A stretch of 63,231 nucleotides of DNA, the filler included, from Perkinsus chesapeaki ATCC PRA-425 (taxonomy: Eukaryota; Protista; Perkinsozoa), in NCBI GenBank assembly GCA_013115145.1. It is 5 parts of 5 records of this genome, joined end to end, with 100 filler letters (N's around TTAATTAATTAA, not from the genome) between each part and the next. Parts side by side here need not be neighbours in the genome. Positions count along the whole stretch, not along the records: positions 61,861 to 63,231 come from JAAPAO010002010.1; 4 more parts are not named here. One strand, written 5' to 3'. Below, piece by piece: positions 61,861 through 63,231 of this stretch; position 1 is the first letter of the stretch, and every line of letters starts with the position of its first letter. Both the position numbers and the translations under genes were made by a program. A model generated the notes under the pieces. The model was not told where the DNA came from. It did not search any database and worked only from the letters and a program-made list of their open reading frames with translations.

Positions 61861-62702
61861 AGATGCCGTGGCCAGGGCACGTACTGTACACAAGTTACCA
61901 GGAGCCATCTAAAGGTGTACGATACAGTCCCGGTAGGGTATTATCGACCTACCAAAGCTCCCTTGGCCACTGGGATCTGAGCGTCGGGATTAGTGGCGAT
62001 GAATTTACACCCTGGGATAAGCTGCAGACACAAGGAAGCATAAGCTAACTTGTAATAGTTGATTTGAACATCAAAACCTGCCAGCGACTCACATAATGAG
62101 AAATTCGTTTTTCCATTACCAGAAACAACTGCCTGTATGGTGGGGTCGATGGTGATGTCCCTCAGAGACTCCGCGTCCATGTATTTACCGCTGTCCGCGG
62201 CAGCACCAACAACATTTATGCCTTGGCATTCTAATTCACGCGCCATATTTGCCGATCCTATCACATACCTATTTAGTGGTACGACTTACACTTTATCGAT
62301 TCCGAGTTGTTTAAGTCTGAGACCGGCGAGATATGCGCTGCACAATGCTCTGTCTCCCTTGAACAATCCCTCTATCTCAGGATACATCTTGGTCAGCTTG
62401 TCAACGTACTGCTGGCCCGTCTTAGAGCTGTTATTAGTGAAGCACCAGACGTCCTTCCCTTCACCATAAAGTCTCTTCAGCAACGACCCAACACCATCGA
62501 AGGCGATGTTGCCATCATACAGGCAACCATCGCAGTCAAAAATGAAAACGTCGTGGTCGTCGAGGAAGTGCCGCGCCTGCTGAGCCGTCTGGATCTCTTG
62601 TCCGGCTCGGAGATGACTCTTGTGAGATGATGCGCTGGTGGGGCTTGAGCTTGAAATAGAAGACATAATTGACCAAGTAACTTCCAAAACACCCTGTGCC
62701 AT
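61861..62702 (-). CDS. PGP: HAD-IIA phosphatase (phosphoglycolate/4-nitrophenyl phosphatase family), 3'-partial
   Basis: FIFDCDGCLY (motif I), FTNNSSKT, AVVSGFD..YYKL, FIATNPD. Confidence 0.85.
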
Positions 62703-63231
62703 GGATAATACCACAACACTCAAGAGCATCACGGAAACACTGGTGGTGAACACACAGGATGAATAAACGGCCAGGCGATTTCTCAAAACTCAACGGGTTC
62801 CACTTTACCGTAACCTGTCAGAATGTCCTCAACATCCTCCGGATCAACCTCAGATATTTTCGATGGATTTTAGTCCGGTGGCATCCCCTGATCGCCGAGC
62901 AATTATCAGCCTCGGACAGCTATGCTGTGTGGCTCACCTTTCCCTTGTCAAACAGCGTAAATCTCACGCCTTCCTTGAAGTTACGATTGTCAACATGAGT
63001 TATTGAAGCTCCCATAAGATACCTAAGCCCAGTCATCCTTGACCTAATCACAAAACATCGGTTACTCTCGTGCGAGGCAGTCCGCCAAGGACGACTTCTC
63101 CTTCAACGCCTTATCATGCAGAGTGTACCAGACCATGCAGGAAATGGGGCATTTCCGGTTGATCGTATCTAGCTCATACCAATAGCTAATCATCAGGGTC
63201 TAGTGGAACGGATACTGAGGCATTTATCTGC

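Overview
Eukaryotic, gene-dense DNA with many short (about 35-60 nt) GT-AG introns. Gene content and intron style point to a perkinsid alveolate (Perkinsus-like); this is inference, not a database result. Four 100-nt N blocks each carry a TTAATTAATTAA six-frame-stop linker (5513-5612, 29785-29884, 56892-56991, 61761-61860), so the window is five joined contigs and adjacency across them is not biological. Recognisable content: a LINE fragment apparently interrupted by a Bel/Pao-type LTR retrotransposon; genes resembling DNAAF4/DYX1C1, a DOT1-type methyltransferase, cystathionine beta-synthase, MPP-beta, an ACBP-domain protein, BBS5, V-ATPase subunit C and a HAD-IIA phosphatase; three helical-repeat (HPR/RAP-like) genes; a Ser-rich repeat protein; a pair of paralogous surface-type proteins; and six tRNA genes. 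Two intron-centred patterns are the most striking. (1) At least four tRNA genes sit inside small spliceosomal introns (102-209 nt; one holds an 82-nt tRNA in 102 nt), and two more introns hold decayed tRNA-like remnants. (2) A roughly 20-30 nt element (GTATCTTAGGTTGAAGCRTGCATTT) recurs in introns of unrelated genes in both orientations and is amplified as a 32-bp tandem array at 60.4-60.8 kb, which suggests an introner- or MITE-like family. Also notable: tRNA-His with U73, an animal-type heme-binding motif in CBS, a Zn-ligand-degenerate MPP-beta, and a shared 22-nt upstream motif. All gene models were spliced by eye and are approximate.
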